The notes: generated from the letters alone by a model not told the origin. Shown: positions 9,293 to 18,829, counted from the stretch's first letter. The stretch: DNA of 64,000 nucleotides from an uncultured delta proteobacterium (GCA_963711565.1 CAVQEQ010000001.1:1024001-1088000), one strand, 5' to 3'. Program-made: numbers and translations.

Positions 9293-10561
9293 ATGCCTCG
9301 CCTTCGCGATCAGCTCGTTGCTTTCATCGCCGCGCTGCGCGATGCCGGTGTAAGAATCTCGGTTGCGGAATCGATCGATGCGATGAACGCGGTCGCGGCC
9401 GTTGGCCTCGAGCGCACGCTGATGCACGAGGCGCTGGCGGCGGCGTTGATCAAGGACGAAGCCGACCGCGCGGTCTTCGACGAATCGTTCAACCGTTTTT
9501 TCGCATCGCCGCGGACAGTCCGTGGCGAGCATCCCGATCAACGCGGCGACAATATCTCCGCTGCCGCCGGCCGCGGCCGCCCCGGCGATGATCCCTCGCA
9601 GCGCGACGATACGCCGCCGCGCAAGCCCGAACAGTCGCGCGAAGGCGCCCGCTCAAGCGATCGTGATAAGAAGTCGCCGCCGTCGGAAACGAAGCCATCA
9701 AAGAAAACTGCGGCGGCGCGCCGCGATGACGCCAACAGCAAAGATGCCGAGCGCGATTTAGACAAGCTGCACGGCCGCGAGGAGCGGGGCGCCGCCGATA
9801 CTCAAGCGGAATCACGAACCCCCGGCATCGACGCCGCACGCATCGCGCGGCTCCGCGCGATCGAGCGGATGCCCTTCGACCGCTTCTCCGACCTCGACTA
9901 CGACGAGGTGCGCGACGCGCTCGCTCCCCTGATTCGCCGCTTCCGCATTCGCCTTGGACGCCGTCTGCGTCTCGCGAAGACCGGCAGAATCGATTTCCGC
10001 CGCACGATTCGCGCCGCGATGCAGCGTGGAGGCGCGCTCATCGATCTCAACTTCCGCGCACGTCGTCCGCGTCACGTCGATCTGGTGATCCTCGCCGACA
10101 TCTCTGGCTCCGTCCGCTATGCGGCGCAGTTGATGCTCGAATTGATGGCGGGCGCGCGCGGAACCTTCCGCCGCGTCAGCAGTTTCGTTTATGTCGATCA
10201 TCTCGCCGAGGCGGATTTCGAGGATGGCCACCTCGTGATGACGCCCGCGCTCGATCTTTATGCGCGCTCGGATTTCGGGCGCGTGCTCGGCGAACTCTGG
10301 AATCGCCGAATCGGATTGCTCACGCGCAGCACGATCGTCGTGATCATGGGCGACGCGCGCAACAATCGCCTCCCCGCACGCGCCGACCTAGTTCGCGAGA
10401 TCGCGCGCACTTGCCGCGCCGTTATCTGGCTGAACCCCGAAGATCCCGCGCGCTGGGGCACCGGCGACAGCGCGATCAAACAGTACGCGCGCGAAGTGAA
10501 GGCCGTCGCGCCGTCGCGAAACCTCCGCGAGCTGCAACTCGCCCTGGCCGCGATCGCTTAG
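9293..10561 (+). CDS. VWA-domain CoxE-like protein
   Basis: DFRRTIR, MIDAS DISGS, GDARNN and WLNPE; follows the MoxR ATPase. Confidence 0.9.
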   Translation: MPRLRDQLVAFIAALRDAGVRISVAESIDAMNAVAAVGLERTLMHEALAAALIKDEADRAVFDESFNRFFASPRTVRGEHPDQRGDNISAAAGRGRPGDDPSQRDDTPPRKPEQSREGARSSDRDKKSPPSETKPSKKTAAARRDDANSKDAERDLDKLHGREERGAADTQAESRTPGIDAARIARLRAIERMPFDRFSDLDYDEVRDALAPLIRRFRIRLGRRLRLAKTGRIDFRRTIRAAMQRGGALIDLNFRARRPRHVDLVILADISGSVRYAAQLMLELMAGARGTFRRVSSFVYVDHLAEADFEDGHLVMTPALDLYARSDFGRVLGELWNRRIGLLTRSTIVVIMGDARNNRLPARADLVREIARTCRAVIWLNPEDPARWGTGDSAIKQYAREVKAVAPSRNLRELQLALAAIA

Positions 10562-10567
10562 CGTCGA

Positions 10568-12073
10568 TCAGAAGTCGAACAGCTCGCGCATCTTGTTGAG
10601 CAGCCATCGATGCGGCCCGCCCTTGCCGTCGAGCGTGTCGCCCGATGAGAGCTTCTCCAGCCGGTCGCGATTTCGCGCCGCGATAATATCGCCGATGCTC
10701 GCGGCCGCATCGGGATGCTCCTTGAACAGGCGCGTGAATCCCTCGCGGTCCATCTCGATCACTTCCAGATCGGTGATCGCGCGCACGCTGGCGTTGCGCG
10801 GCTCGCCAGTCATCAGCGCCATCTCGCCGGTGACGACGCCGCGGCCGATCTCGGCAATGTGGCGCACCTGGCCGTCTGCCGTCTGACCGAACACTTCCGC
10901 TCTACCGCTGCGCACGATAAACATCGACTCGCCCGCTTCTCCCGCGCGCACCAGCATCTCGCCCGCGCCAAACTGCCGCACCGAAACCGTCGGCACCAGC
11001 AGGCGCAGCTCGTCGTCGCGCAGCCCGCGCAGCCAATCGACCTGGCGCAGGTCGGTCATCAGCTCGCGCTCGAACTCGGCGTCAGCCGCCTCGTCTTCAT
11101 CACGGCCCGCGTCGCGCACATGGACGGTGCGGGTCGGGAACGGAATCTCGATCCGATGCCGCCGCAGCGCGTACCACAGGCTCGACGCGACGCGATCTCG
11201 CACGTGTTCCTGCGCGCCGTAGTCGGCGATCGAGTACTTGATTCGATACTGGATCGCGAAATCGAGATAATCCCAGGCCAGAACTTCGGGCGGCGGATCG
11301 CGCAGCACCTGCGGCACGTCGTGCAGCAACGTGAGCACGACTTCGCGCACGTGATTCGGCGGCACGCTGTAGCTGATTCCGACCGTGAGCTCGTCCACCA
11401 CGTGGCCGGTGGCGTAGTTGAACAACACGTCCTTGGCGATCACCGAGTTGGGCACCTCGAGCCGCTCGTTCGCGCGCGTCACGATCGTCGTCGCCCGCCA
11501 CGCGATTCCCTTGACCTGCCCCACGTAATGCCCGCTGCGGATCCAGTCGCCCGGATCGAAGGGCCGCCCCATCGAGAGCGACAGGCCGCTGAAAATATTG
11601 CCGAGAGTCTCCTGCAACGCGAAGCCCAGCACCGCCGCGAACACGGTCGTCGTCGTCAGGATCGAAAGCGGCTGCACGCCGAAGTCCGTGTACAGCACCA
11701 CCATCACCACCACGAACCACAACACCAGCATCAGCAGGTCCTTGCCGATAGTCGAGAAGTGGACCTTGCCGCGCCGCGTTATCGCGTCGACGAACTCGAG
11801 CACCAGCCGGATCACGCCGAACAGGAAGAGCACAAAGGCCGCCACCGCGACCTTCTGACCGACCTGCTCGTTGGGGATGAAGCGGGAACCGGCGTCGATC
11901 AGCGCGCTGCCCGACAGCAGCAGGAATGTCGTCGCGGTCACCGCGCGCTTGCGGCGGCGCACGGCGAAAGCGCCCAGCAGGCCGAACAGCACCAGCACGC
12001 TTTCGACCAGCGTCCGCAAATCGCGATGCAGCGCGTCCAATCCCAGCATCGATTGTAGCGGCGTCGGCACCAT
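10568..12073 (-). CDS. MscS-family mechanosensitive channel with C-terminal cyclic-nucleotide-binding domain
   Basis: GFALQETLGNIFSG..PFDPGDWI; GEMALMTGEPRNASV. Confidence 0.92.
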   Translation of the reverse strand: MVPTPLQSMLGLDALHRDLRTLVESVLVLFGLLGAFAVRRRKRAVTATTFLLLSGSALIDAGSRFIPNEQVGQKVAVAAFVLFLFGVIRLVLEFVDAITRRGKVHFSTIGKDLLMLVLWFVVVMVVLYTDFGVQPLSILTTTTVFAAVLGFALQETLGNIFSGLSLSMGRPFDPGDWIRSGHYVGQVKGIAWRATTIVTRANERLEVPNSVIAKDVLFNYATGHVVDELTVGISYSVPPNHVREVVLTLLHDVPQVLRDPPPEVLAWDYLDFAIQYRIKYSIADYGAQEHVRDRVASSLWYALRRHRIEIPFPTRTVHVRDAGRDEDEAADAEFERELMTDLRQVDWLRGLRDDELRLLVPTVSVRQFGAGEMLVRAGEAGESMFIVRSGRAEVFGQTADGQVRHIAEIGRGVVTGEMALMTGEPRNASVRAITDLEVIEMDREGFTRLFKEHPDAAASIGDIIAARNRDRLEKLSSGDTLDGKGGPHRWLLNKMRELFDF

Positions 12074-12076
12074 CGT

Positions 12077-13249
12077 TCAGATCCCCGCCGCCAGCGCGAT
12101 TTCGTCGAGGAGTTTCACCGCGTCGAAATACTCGGCCGCTATCTCGCGCGCCGCCCGCGCATGGCGCGGGTAGTCGGCGTTGATTTGCCCGATCGCATCG
12201 ACTGCCTCGTCCGGCGTGTCGAAGCCGAGCAGCCCCACGCCGGTGGGAATGAATTTTTCAAATCCGGTGCGCTGCGTCACCACCGGACGCCCCGCCGCCA
12301 AGTAACACACCGTGCGATCGCTGAACCATCCCGTGCGCGGCCTCACGTAGATATCCTTCGCGACCGTGAACTCGCCGCGCGACGCGCTGATGTACTCGCG
12401 ATATTCGTCGATATCGAGCGACATCGGGATCGCCGGCGTAAACGTGAATCCCCCGGCAAGCGCGCGATCGTAGTCGGGCCCGGCGGTCAGGTTGGTCGCG
12501 ATTTCGATCGGTTGCTTCGCGCGCGCCGCAACTTCGAGCGCCTTGCGAAAATTCAGATGCTTCGACCAGTAGTAGGTCTCGCCCTTAATCACCATGTCGT
12601 TGCCGTTATTCTGCCACGTGCCGACCGTCGTGAACGCGCGCGGCTCGGCGGGACCGACCCCCGGATGCCATTCGTCGAGACTCACCGGCGGACGCGTCGG
12701 ATGCCAATCGACGCCGGCAGTGGGCAGGAGGCAATCGGGCGCGCCGATATTGTAGCAATACGTGAAGAACAATTTGTGCGACCTGGCAAACGCCACCGTG
12801 GTCGGAATCTTGCGCGCAAGTTCGAGTTGAAAAACCCCCGGGTCGGTCTCGAGATACACCAGGCAGCGGCTGCGTTCGTGCTCCTCACGCGGCTCCGTCG
12901 ATCCGCAAAGATTGATCACCATGTCGGCGTCGCGGAACAGCTCCATGCAGCGCTCGCGCGACATCCCCACGTATTGCTCCGTCGCCGAGTCGAGAAACGA
13001 CCACCGCTCGCCGAACCCGTAGCGCTCGAGGATTCCCCCAATCACCTTCAAGTTGCGCGACGGATCCTTGGCGCCACTTTCGATCGTCGGATCGTACACG
13101 TACGCGCGATGATCCTCGATATAGTAAACGTCGAGACCAAGCTGCCTGAACCCCAACAGGTGATGAAGCAATTGCCAGATCACCCCGGCAAACGGGTACC
13201 GCACCGCCAGATGCAGCACGACGACTTTGCCCTTGCGTTTGCGGTCCAC
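12077..13249 (-). CDS. Putative GT-B fold glycosyltransferase
   Basis: C-terminal WFSDRTVCYLAAGRPVV and AAREIAAEYFD. Confidence 0.65.
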   Translation of the reverse strand: MDRKRKGKVVVLHLAVRYPFAGVIWQLLHHLLGFRQLGLDVYYIEDHRAYVYDPTIESGAKDPSRNLKVIGGILERYGFGERWSFLDSATEQYVGMSRERCMELFRDADMVINLCGSTEPREEHERSRCLVYLETDPGVFQLELARKIPTTVAFARSHKLFFTYCYNIGAPDCLLPTAGVDWHPTRPPVSLDEWHPGVGPAEPRAFTTVGTWQNNGNDMVIKGETYYWSKHLNFRKALEVAARAKQPIEIATNLTAGPDYDRALAGGFTFTPAIPMSLDIDEYREYISASRGEFTVAKDIYVRPRTGWFSDRTVCYLAAGRPVVTQRTGFEKFIPTGVGLLGFDTPDEAVDAIGQINADYPRHARAAREIAAEYFDAVKLLDEIALAAGI

Positions 13250-13265
13250 CTTGTGCGTCGCAATC

Positions 13266-13937
13266 TTAACCCGCGGCGCGCCCTGCGGCTATCCGTTCCA
13301 GCTCGTCCCGCAGCTTGAGGATCGCAATCCGCCGCTGGCTGATTTGGGCCTCTTCTTCGTCGCCGAGTTCGCCCAGGTAACGGTTGCGCTCGGGGATCAC
13401 CAGCACCGCGCGATACGGAAAACCCGCGCGAATCACAGGATATGCGCGCTCCGCGATCACGCCCTCGATCGCCGCCTCAGCCGTGCGCTCGCGAATCCCC
13501 AGTGGGGCGGGCCGCCGTGCCCGCCATCCACCCTCCTCATCTGTCAACGCGATCGTCGCGCGCAGCCGCGCCGTCCGTCGCGCCGCCTCGACGCCCTTCA
13601 TCCGCCGAATAACTTCGGCCACCAGCGCCTGATCGGAATCGTCGCCACCCGTACCCAGCCATCGATGCGACCTCACTCCCGGCTCTCCGCCCAGCGCGTC
13701 GATCTCGAGTCCGCCGTCGTCGGCCAGCGTCGCCATCCGCGCGCGCTTGAAATAGAACCGCGCCTTGAGCAACGCGTTTTCCGTGAAGGTCGCTCCCGTC
13801 TCCTCGGGCGTCTCGAAAATCCCAACCTCGGCTAGCGACACCAGTTCGAGCTCGATCCCGATATCGCGCAGGATCAGCCGGTACTCGGCAAGCTTCGCCG
13901 GATTCGTAGTCGCAATCAGCAGCCGCCGTATCGCCAT
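13266..13937 (-). CDS. rdgB: Non-canonical purine NTP pyrophosphatase (Ham1/RdgB family) with internal repeat-derived insertion
   Basis: ATTNPAKLAE, EETGATFTENALLKA and ADDGGLEIDALGGEPGVRS. Confidence 0.88.
   Translation of the reverse strand: MAIRRLLIATTNPAKLAEYRLILRDIGIELELVSLAEVGIFETPEETGATFTENALLKARFYFKRARMATLADDGGLEIDALGGEPGVRSHRWLGTGGDDSDQALVAEVIRRMKGVEAARRTARLRATIALTDEEGGWRARRPAPLGIRERTAEAAIEGVIAERAYPVIRAGFPYRAVLVIPERNRYLGELGDEEEAQISQRRIAILKLRDELERIAAGRAAG
13501..13525 (+). repeat. GTGG-tagged REP-like palindrome inside the rdgB coding sequence
   Basis: AGTGGGGCGGGCCGCCGTGCCCGCC; 23/25 identical to the intergenic copies at 48932 and 49038. Confidence 0.8.
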
Positions 13938-13947
13938 CTCGACCGGC

Positions 13948-15114
13948 TCAGTCGCGCGGCTTCCCAGGAGGCTTCGGCTGATACGTGATCTTCAACGACG
14001 CGCGCTCGCGATGCTCCTCCAACGCCAGCTCGATCAACCGCTCGATCAGCTTCGGCAGCGGGATGCCCGATGCCTCCCACAGCTTCGGGTACATGCTGAT
14101 ATTCGTGAAGCCGGGAATCGTGTTGACCTCGTTGACGTAGATCTCGCGCAAATCGCGGCTCGCCAGGAAATCTACCCGCGCCATCCCGCGCAGTGACAGC
14201 GCCTTGAACGCCGCCACCGCCATCGCGCGCAACTTCTTCGCCTTGGCCGCCGGGATGTCGGCGGGAATTTTTGTAGCCGATCCTTCCGGATCGACGTACT
14301 TCGATTCGTAGTCGTAAAACTCGTGCGCGCCCGTCACCAGCACTTCGCCGGGAATCGACGCCTCGGGACGATCGTTACCGAGCACCGCGCACTCGAACTC
14401 GCGCCCCTCGCACGACGCCTCGATCAGCGCCTTGCGATCGTACTGAAACGCGTCGTCGAGCGCGGCGTTGAGCTCGCGGGCGCGCTTCACCTTGCTGATT
14501 CCGATCGACGATCCCAGCGCATTGGGCTTGACGAACACCGGATACCCGAGTTTGCGCGCGAGCTTCGTCCCAAGCTGCGGACTCTCATGATAGTCGGCGC
14601 GCTCGATCGCAAAATATTTCACTACCGCCACGCCCGCATCGCGCAGCAGCCGCTTCTGCGCGTCCTTGTCCATCCCGATCGCCGATCCGAGCACGCCCGC
14701 GCCCACGTACGCGATCCCGGCCAGCTCCAGCAGCCCCTGCACAGTGCCGTCTTCGCCGTAAGTGCCGTGCAACACGGGGAACACCACGTCGAGCGTGCCC
14801 GCAATCGCTTCATGGCCGCGCGCGCCGTCCGCCGGCGTCGCAATCAACGACTGTCCCTCCGGATGAGTCAGCAACGTGACCTGTGTACCGCCCGCGCCGA
14901 GCGCCGCCAGATGCGGCGTCTTCTCGGCGAGCAGCTTCAGCGCGTTGCGTTCGAGATACCACCGCCCATCGCGCCCAATCCCAATTGGCACAACTTCGTA
15001 CCGCGCCGGATCCATCGCCGACATCACCGTCAGCGCCGACCGCAGCGAAATCTCATGCTCGCCCGATCGCCCCCCAAACAAAACGCCAACCCTGAGTCGT
15101 TTCTTATCCGCCAT
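13948..15114 (-). CDS. ddl: D-alanine--D-alanine ligase
   Basis: FGGRSGEHEIS, LHGTYGEDG, KPNALGSSIG and NEVNTIPGFT. Confidence 0.96.
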   Translation of the reverse strand: MADKKRLRVGVLFGGRSGEHEISLRSALTVMSAMDPARYEVVPIGIGRDGRWYLERNALKLLAEKTPHLAALGAGGTQVTLLTHPEGQSLIATPADGARGHEAIAGTLDVVFPVLHGTYGEDGTVQGLLELAGIAYVGAGVLGSAIGMDKDAQKRLLRDAGVAVVKYFAIERADYHESPQLGTKLARKLGYPVFVKPNALGSSIGISKVKRARELNAALDDAFQYDRKALIEASCEGREFECAVLGNDRPEASIPGEVLVTGAHEFYDYESKYVDPEGSATKIPADIPAAKAKKLRAMAVAAFKALSLRGMARVDFLASRDLREIYVNEVNTIPGFTNISMYPKLWEASGIPLPKLIERLIELALEEHRERASLKITYQPKPPGKPRD

Positions 15115-15147
15115 CGCACCGCCCCACCGCGCATGGAACTTAGAGGA

Positions 15148-15453
15148 ACTTAATTGTAATGAAACCCACGGTGGGTTTCATACTTCCTTCGGCAGGGGTG
15201 ACCCCTGCACCCGGTATCAATCGCAAAGTTGCGCGCATCGCGCTACTTTGCTCTCGGTCCAAAAACCGGTTCCCCCGACGCCCGCAAGTTGAGGCATTGT
15301 GATCGCGCGCACGACGCTCGCCACATCCCCAAAATAACCCGAGAGCGAAATGTCGTCCTCGACATTTCGCTCTCTCTTATCACTGGGTGCAGGGGTCACC
15401 CCCCGCGACGGTGTCGATGCCGAGGGCGCGGGGCGAGGAGCCCCGCATCCTAC
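15148..15453. repeat. Composite cluster of palindromic repeats between ddl and guaB
   Basis: Divergent GGGTGCAGGGGTCACCCC copies (15195-15212 minus, 15385-15402 plus), ATGAAACCCAC/GTGGGTTTCAT palindrome, perfect 15-bp stem at 15341-15374, GTAG-tagged hairpin overlapping the guaB stop. Confidence 0.75.
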
Positions 15454-16904
15454 TGCCGATAATTCGGCGCTTCTTTCGTAATAAACACGTCATGCACATG
15501 GCTCTCGCGCATGCCCGCGTCGCTGACCTTGACGAACTTCGCCCGCTTGCGCAGCTCCGCAAGATTCGCCGCGCCCAGGTATCCCATCCCCGATTGCAAC
15601 CCGCCGACGAGCTGCTCGATATTCGACGCGAGCGATCCGCGATGCGGTACGCGGCCCTCGATTCCTTCCGGCACATGTTTGCCGTCGGTCACGCCGAGCT
15701 GCCCGTAGCGATCTCCGGTGCGCTCGTTCATCGCGCCGAGCGATCCCATCCCGCGATAAAGTTTGTACGTGCGCCCCTGGTACAGAATCGTCTCGCCGGG
15801 ACTTTCCTCGCTCCCCGCGAACAGCGATCCGATCATCACGCTGTTCGCGCCCGCCGCAATCGCTTTTGTAATATCGCCCGAGAACCGGATTCCGCCGTCC
15901 GCGATCACCGGGATATTGCGCGGCTCCGCAATCGCGATCGTATCCATTATCGCCGTGATCTGCGGCACGCCGACTCCCGAGATCACCCGCGTCGTGCATA
16001 TCGATCCGGGCCCCATCCCGACCCGCAGCGCATCGGCCCCCGCGTCGCACAACGCCTTGGCGCCTTCGCTGGTCGCGACGTTCCCTGCCACCACCTCGAC
16101 GCCCGGCCACTCGCTCTTGGTCGCCTTGATCGCGTCGATCACGTTCCGCGTATGCCCATGCGCGGTATCGATACAAATCACATCGACGCCCGCCCGCCTG
16201 AGCGCCGCCACCCGCGCCTCGCGCTCCGGCCCGACGCCGACCGCCGCGCCGACGCGCAGTCGCCCCAGCTGATCCTTGCTCGCATGGGGATGCCGAATCG
16301 CCTTGTCCATATCCTTCACCGTGATAAGACCGCGCAGCCGGTTCTGATCGTCAACCAGCGGCAGCTTCTCAATCCGATGCGCCTGCAGGAGCTCCTTGGC
16401 ATGCTCAAGATCGATCCCGGGGCGCGCCGTGATCACTTTGCTCGTCATCACGTCGCGCACCTGCTTGTCGAGCCGCCGCTCGAAGCGCAGATCGCGATTA
16501 GTCAAAATTCCAACCAGCCGCCCGTCCGACACGACCGGCAACCCTGAAATCCGGAAACGTTCCATCACCGCGACCGCCTCGCCGATTTTCTGCTCGGGGC
16601 TGACGGTGATCGGATCGACGATCATCCCGGTCTCGTATTTCTTGACGGTCTCGACTTCGGCCGCCTGCTCCTCGATCGAAAGGTTCCGATGGATAAATCC
16701 GAACCCGCCCATCTGCGCGATCGCGATCGCGGTGCGCGATTCGGTGACGGTATCCATCGGGCTCGACACGAGCGGGATGCGCAGCCGAATCTTGGGCGTG
16801 AGCGGAGTCGAGACGTCGCAATTCGACGGCAGCAAGTCGGAAGATTGCGGCAACAAGAGAACGTCATCGAAGGTAAGAGCTTCGCGGAGTTCCTGATGCG
16901 CCAT
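15450..16904 (-). CDS. guaB: Inosine-5'-monophosphate dehydrogenase
   Basis: [11 protein letters not shown] pair, GPGSICTTR and YRGMGS. Confidence 0.97.
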   Translation of the reverse strand: MAHQELREALTFDDVLLLPQSSDLLPSNCDVSTPLTPKIRLRIPLVSSPMDTVTESRTAIAIAQMGGFGFIHRNLSIEEQAAEVETVKKYETGMIVDPITVSPEQKIGEAVAVMERFRISGLPVVSDGRLVGILTNRDLRFERRLDKQVRDVMTSKVITARPGIDLEHAKELLQAHRIEKLPLVDDQNRLRGLITVKDMDKAIRHPHASKDQLGRLRVGAAVGVGPEREARVAALRRAGVDVICIDTAHGHTRNVIDAIKATKSEWPGVEVVAGNVATSEGAKALCDAGADALRVGMGPGSICTTRVISGVGVPQITAIMDTIAIAEPRNIPVIADGGIRFSGDITKAIAAGANSVMIGSLFAGSEESPGETILYQGRTYKLYRGMGSLGAMNERTGDRYGQLGVTDGKHVPEGIEGRVPHRGSLASNIEQLVGGLQSGMGYLGAANLAELRKRAKFVKVSDAGMRESHVHDVFITKEAPNYRQ

Positions 16905-16923
16905 AAAAATAACCCTCCTGGGT

Positions 16924-16955
16924 AAAAAAAGAGCCCGCGGGTTTTCCGCGGGCTC
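16924..16955 (-). terminator. Intrinsic terminator in the guaB 5' leader
   Basis: GAGCCCGCGG-AAAAC-CCGCGGGCTC followed by U7, about 5 nt before the guaB SD (AGGAGG). Confidence 0.8.
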
Positions 16956-16965
16956 AAATCGGCCT

Positions 16966-17004
16966 TCAGTTCTTGTACGCAGTCCGTTTAGTCAGATGCG
17001 CCAT
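16966..17004 (-). CDS. Putative 12-aa leader peptide [12 protein letters not shown] upstream of guaB
   Basis: ATG...TGA between a predicted promoter and the leader terminator; ATG begins 6 nt after the -10 element (leaderless). Confidence 0.5.
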   Translation of the reverse strand: MAHLTKRTAYKN

Positions 17005-17009
17005 GTCCG

Positions 17010-17038
17010 AAATTAACAAACCCCGACCATCCGATCAA
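17010..17038 (-). promoter_or_regulatory. Putative sigma70 promoter for the guaB leader
   Basis: TTGATC-17 nt-TAATTT with extended -10 TG. Confidence 0.5.
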
Positions 17039-17111
17039 TACGGGTCCACAGCCGCGAGTCGTTACCAATTTTGTTGCGCAAAAAAGCATGACTGTCCTAT
17101 CGTGCATACCA

Positions 17112-17444
17112 ATGAAATCCTGCCATGCAGCCGCGCTCGCGCTTGTCGGATGGTCTCTGATGGTGCCGGGCATCACCTATCAATCGGCAACCAACGTGTG
17201 GACAGTGAGCGGCTATGACGAACACAAAAAGCCCGTCTATTCCGCCTGGGAAACCGACGGAACATACGCTACGGCCGCGGAATGTCAGGACCAGCTGCGC
17301 AAACTGGACCCCACCGCAAGCCCCGTGATGCCCACCGCTGAGGGCGCCGTACGGAATCCGACAGGCCTGGCAAACGCAGTGCGAGATTCGGTGAATCAAG
17401 CGATCTGCATCGCAACCGACGACCCCCGCCTCAAGCAAAATTAA
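17112..17444 (+). CDS. Small secreted hypothetical protein
   Basis: Signal-like HAAALALVGWSLMVP N-terminus, two Cys in the mature part, C-terminal CIATDDPRLK. Confidence 0.65.
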   Translation: MKSCHAAALALVGWSLMVPGITYQSATNVWTVSGYDEHKKPVYSAWETDGTYATAAECQDQLRKLDPTASPVMPTAEGAVRNPTGLANAVRDSVNQAICIATDDPRLKQN

Positions 17445-17719
17445 GCCAAAATTCAAAAATGCCCGCGAGTCGCCGGTCTTTGAAATCGCGTGCCGGGCCG
17501 CCTGGTTGTCATTCCGACGACGGGAGCGAATGCGACGGGAAGCATGGTTTCTGGCCTCCGGACAGCTTCGCGCACGCGAAGCCGGTACCGGTTCCGCATC
17601 GCCGCATCAATTCGGAGGCCCTCCAACTGAGGGTCCCGCGACTCAACCCAGATGACCACGCCGCAGTCTAGCCTCTCTCTATCAGGAGACCTTTGCCTAA
17701 CTGCGCCGCGGCGCATCTT

Positions 17720-17783
17720 CCCCTCTCCCAGGATGGGAGAGGATCGAAGAGCCTGCCCTGAGCTTGCCGAAGGGTGAGGGTCC
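17720..17783. repeat. CCCTCTCCC/GGGAGAGG hairpin repeat interrupted by a 24-bp insert
   Basis: CCCTCTCCCAGGATGGGAGAGGATCGAAG[AGCCTGCCCTGAGCTTGCCGAAGG]GTGAGGG. Confidence 0.75.
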
Positions 17784-17987
17784 TTATACAGCGCGCGTTT
17801 TTTCCGCGCGCGATTCAGGATTCCGCCCGCAAGGGTTGTGCAGAGGTCTCTTATCAGGCAGAGGCCGCGCCGCCGCGGCGCGGCTGAGTGTCAACATCCC
17901 AAAATGCCCGAGAGTCTGCGCCCTCCAGACTTCCAATTCTCACGCACCCAGGCCAGGCTTCAAAACTCGAATCCACGGAGGAAGCAT

Positions 17988-18374
17988 ATGCCCTTATCAG
18001 ATACCGCTCCAAGAAAATTCAGAATCGAAGGCTCCAGCCGAATGCTGCAAGCTCTCGCCCAAGCAATCGAACTCGCGCTCCGAGCAGCCCGCAAGACACC
18101 CGATCGCAGAGGCGCCGGGACAATCGCTAACGGTCCGATCACCATCGAAGTCGAGGCAACCAACTACGATCAAGATCGTCTGCGCTACGTCATCGACAGC
18201 ATCGACGATGCCGTCAACACCATCGCCGGATGGGCCGAGCCGAAACGCTGCACCGAATGCGAAAAGCCAGTAGCCTTGCTTTTCGACGATGCATACCTGG
18301 AAACTCGAAACGGCGAAGGCGTCATCTGCTGCCAATGCTACGGCCGAATCGAAGACGGTGAAGAAGAATCCTGA
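17988..18374 (+). CDS. Hypothetical protein with C-terminal CxxC...CxxC zinc ribbon
   Basis: GGAGG SD; CTEC...CCQC. Confidence 0.55.
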   Translation: MPLSDTAPRKFRIEGSSRMLQALAQAIELALRAARKTPDRRGAGTIANGPITIEVEATNYDQDRLRYVIDSIDDAVNTIAGWAEPKRCTECEKPVALLFDDAYLETRNGEGVICCQCYGRIEDGEEES

Positions 18375-18536
18375 CCACACCAATTAACGGGGGTCCGCGA
18401 ATTCAGAACCGGTCAATACGGGTCGCTGCTGCCTATCAAAGGGAGTCGCCGGTCAAAGCATTTTCCTGTCTTCGTTCGGTTCACCGCGCTAGAATCGTGA
18501 AATCGCGCTCAACCGCGCGCAAAGGGGAACCCGACC

Positions 18537-18740
18537 ATGAAATGCATCGTCGAGCTGCTCGATGAACTCCGCCCGCTCACGCCATTCTCATTCGCTCAAC
18601 GGATCCACTTAAACAATCTAAATTCGGCCAACGGTCAGCGAACGGATTTCGAGAATTGGCTACGGCGAGGCGTCGCGGCCAGCCGACAATTTGCAGACAT
18701 CGACGAGGCCTACAGCGCATACATCGCGAACTTCGGCTGA
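18537..18740 (+). CDS. Small hypothetical protein
   Basis: 67-aa ORF, purine-rich sequence upstream, genome-like codon usage. Confidence 0.4.
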   Translation: MKCIVELLDELRPLTPFSFAQRIHLNNLNSANGQRTDFENWLRRGVAASRQFADIDEAYSAYIANFG

Positions 18741-18829
18741 TTCTGAACGCCGTACTAGCGGCTGGTGCAAACCTTTTGCACTTGTTGTAGTGTCTGTTCG
18801 AAGCGAGGAATGGAGGGAGAGAGGTTGTT

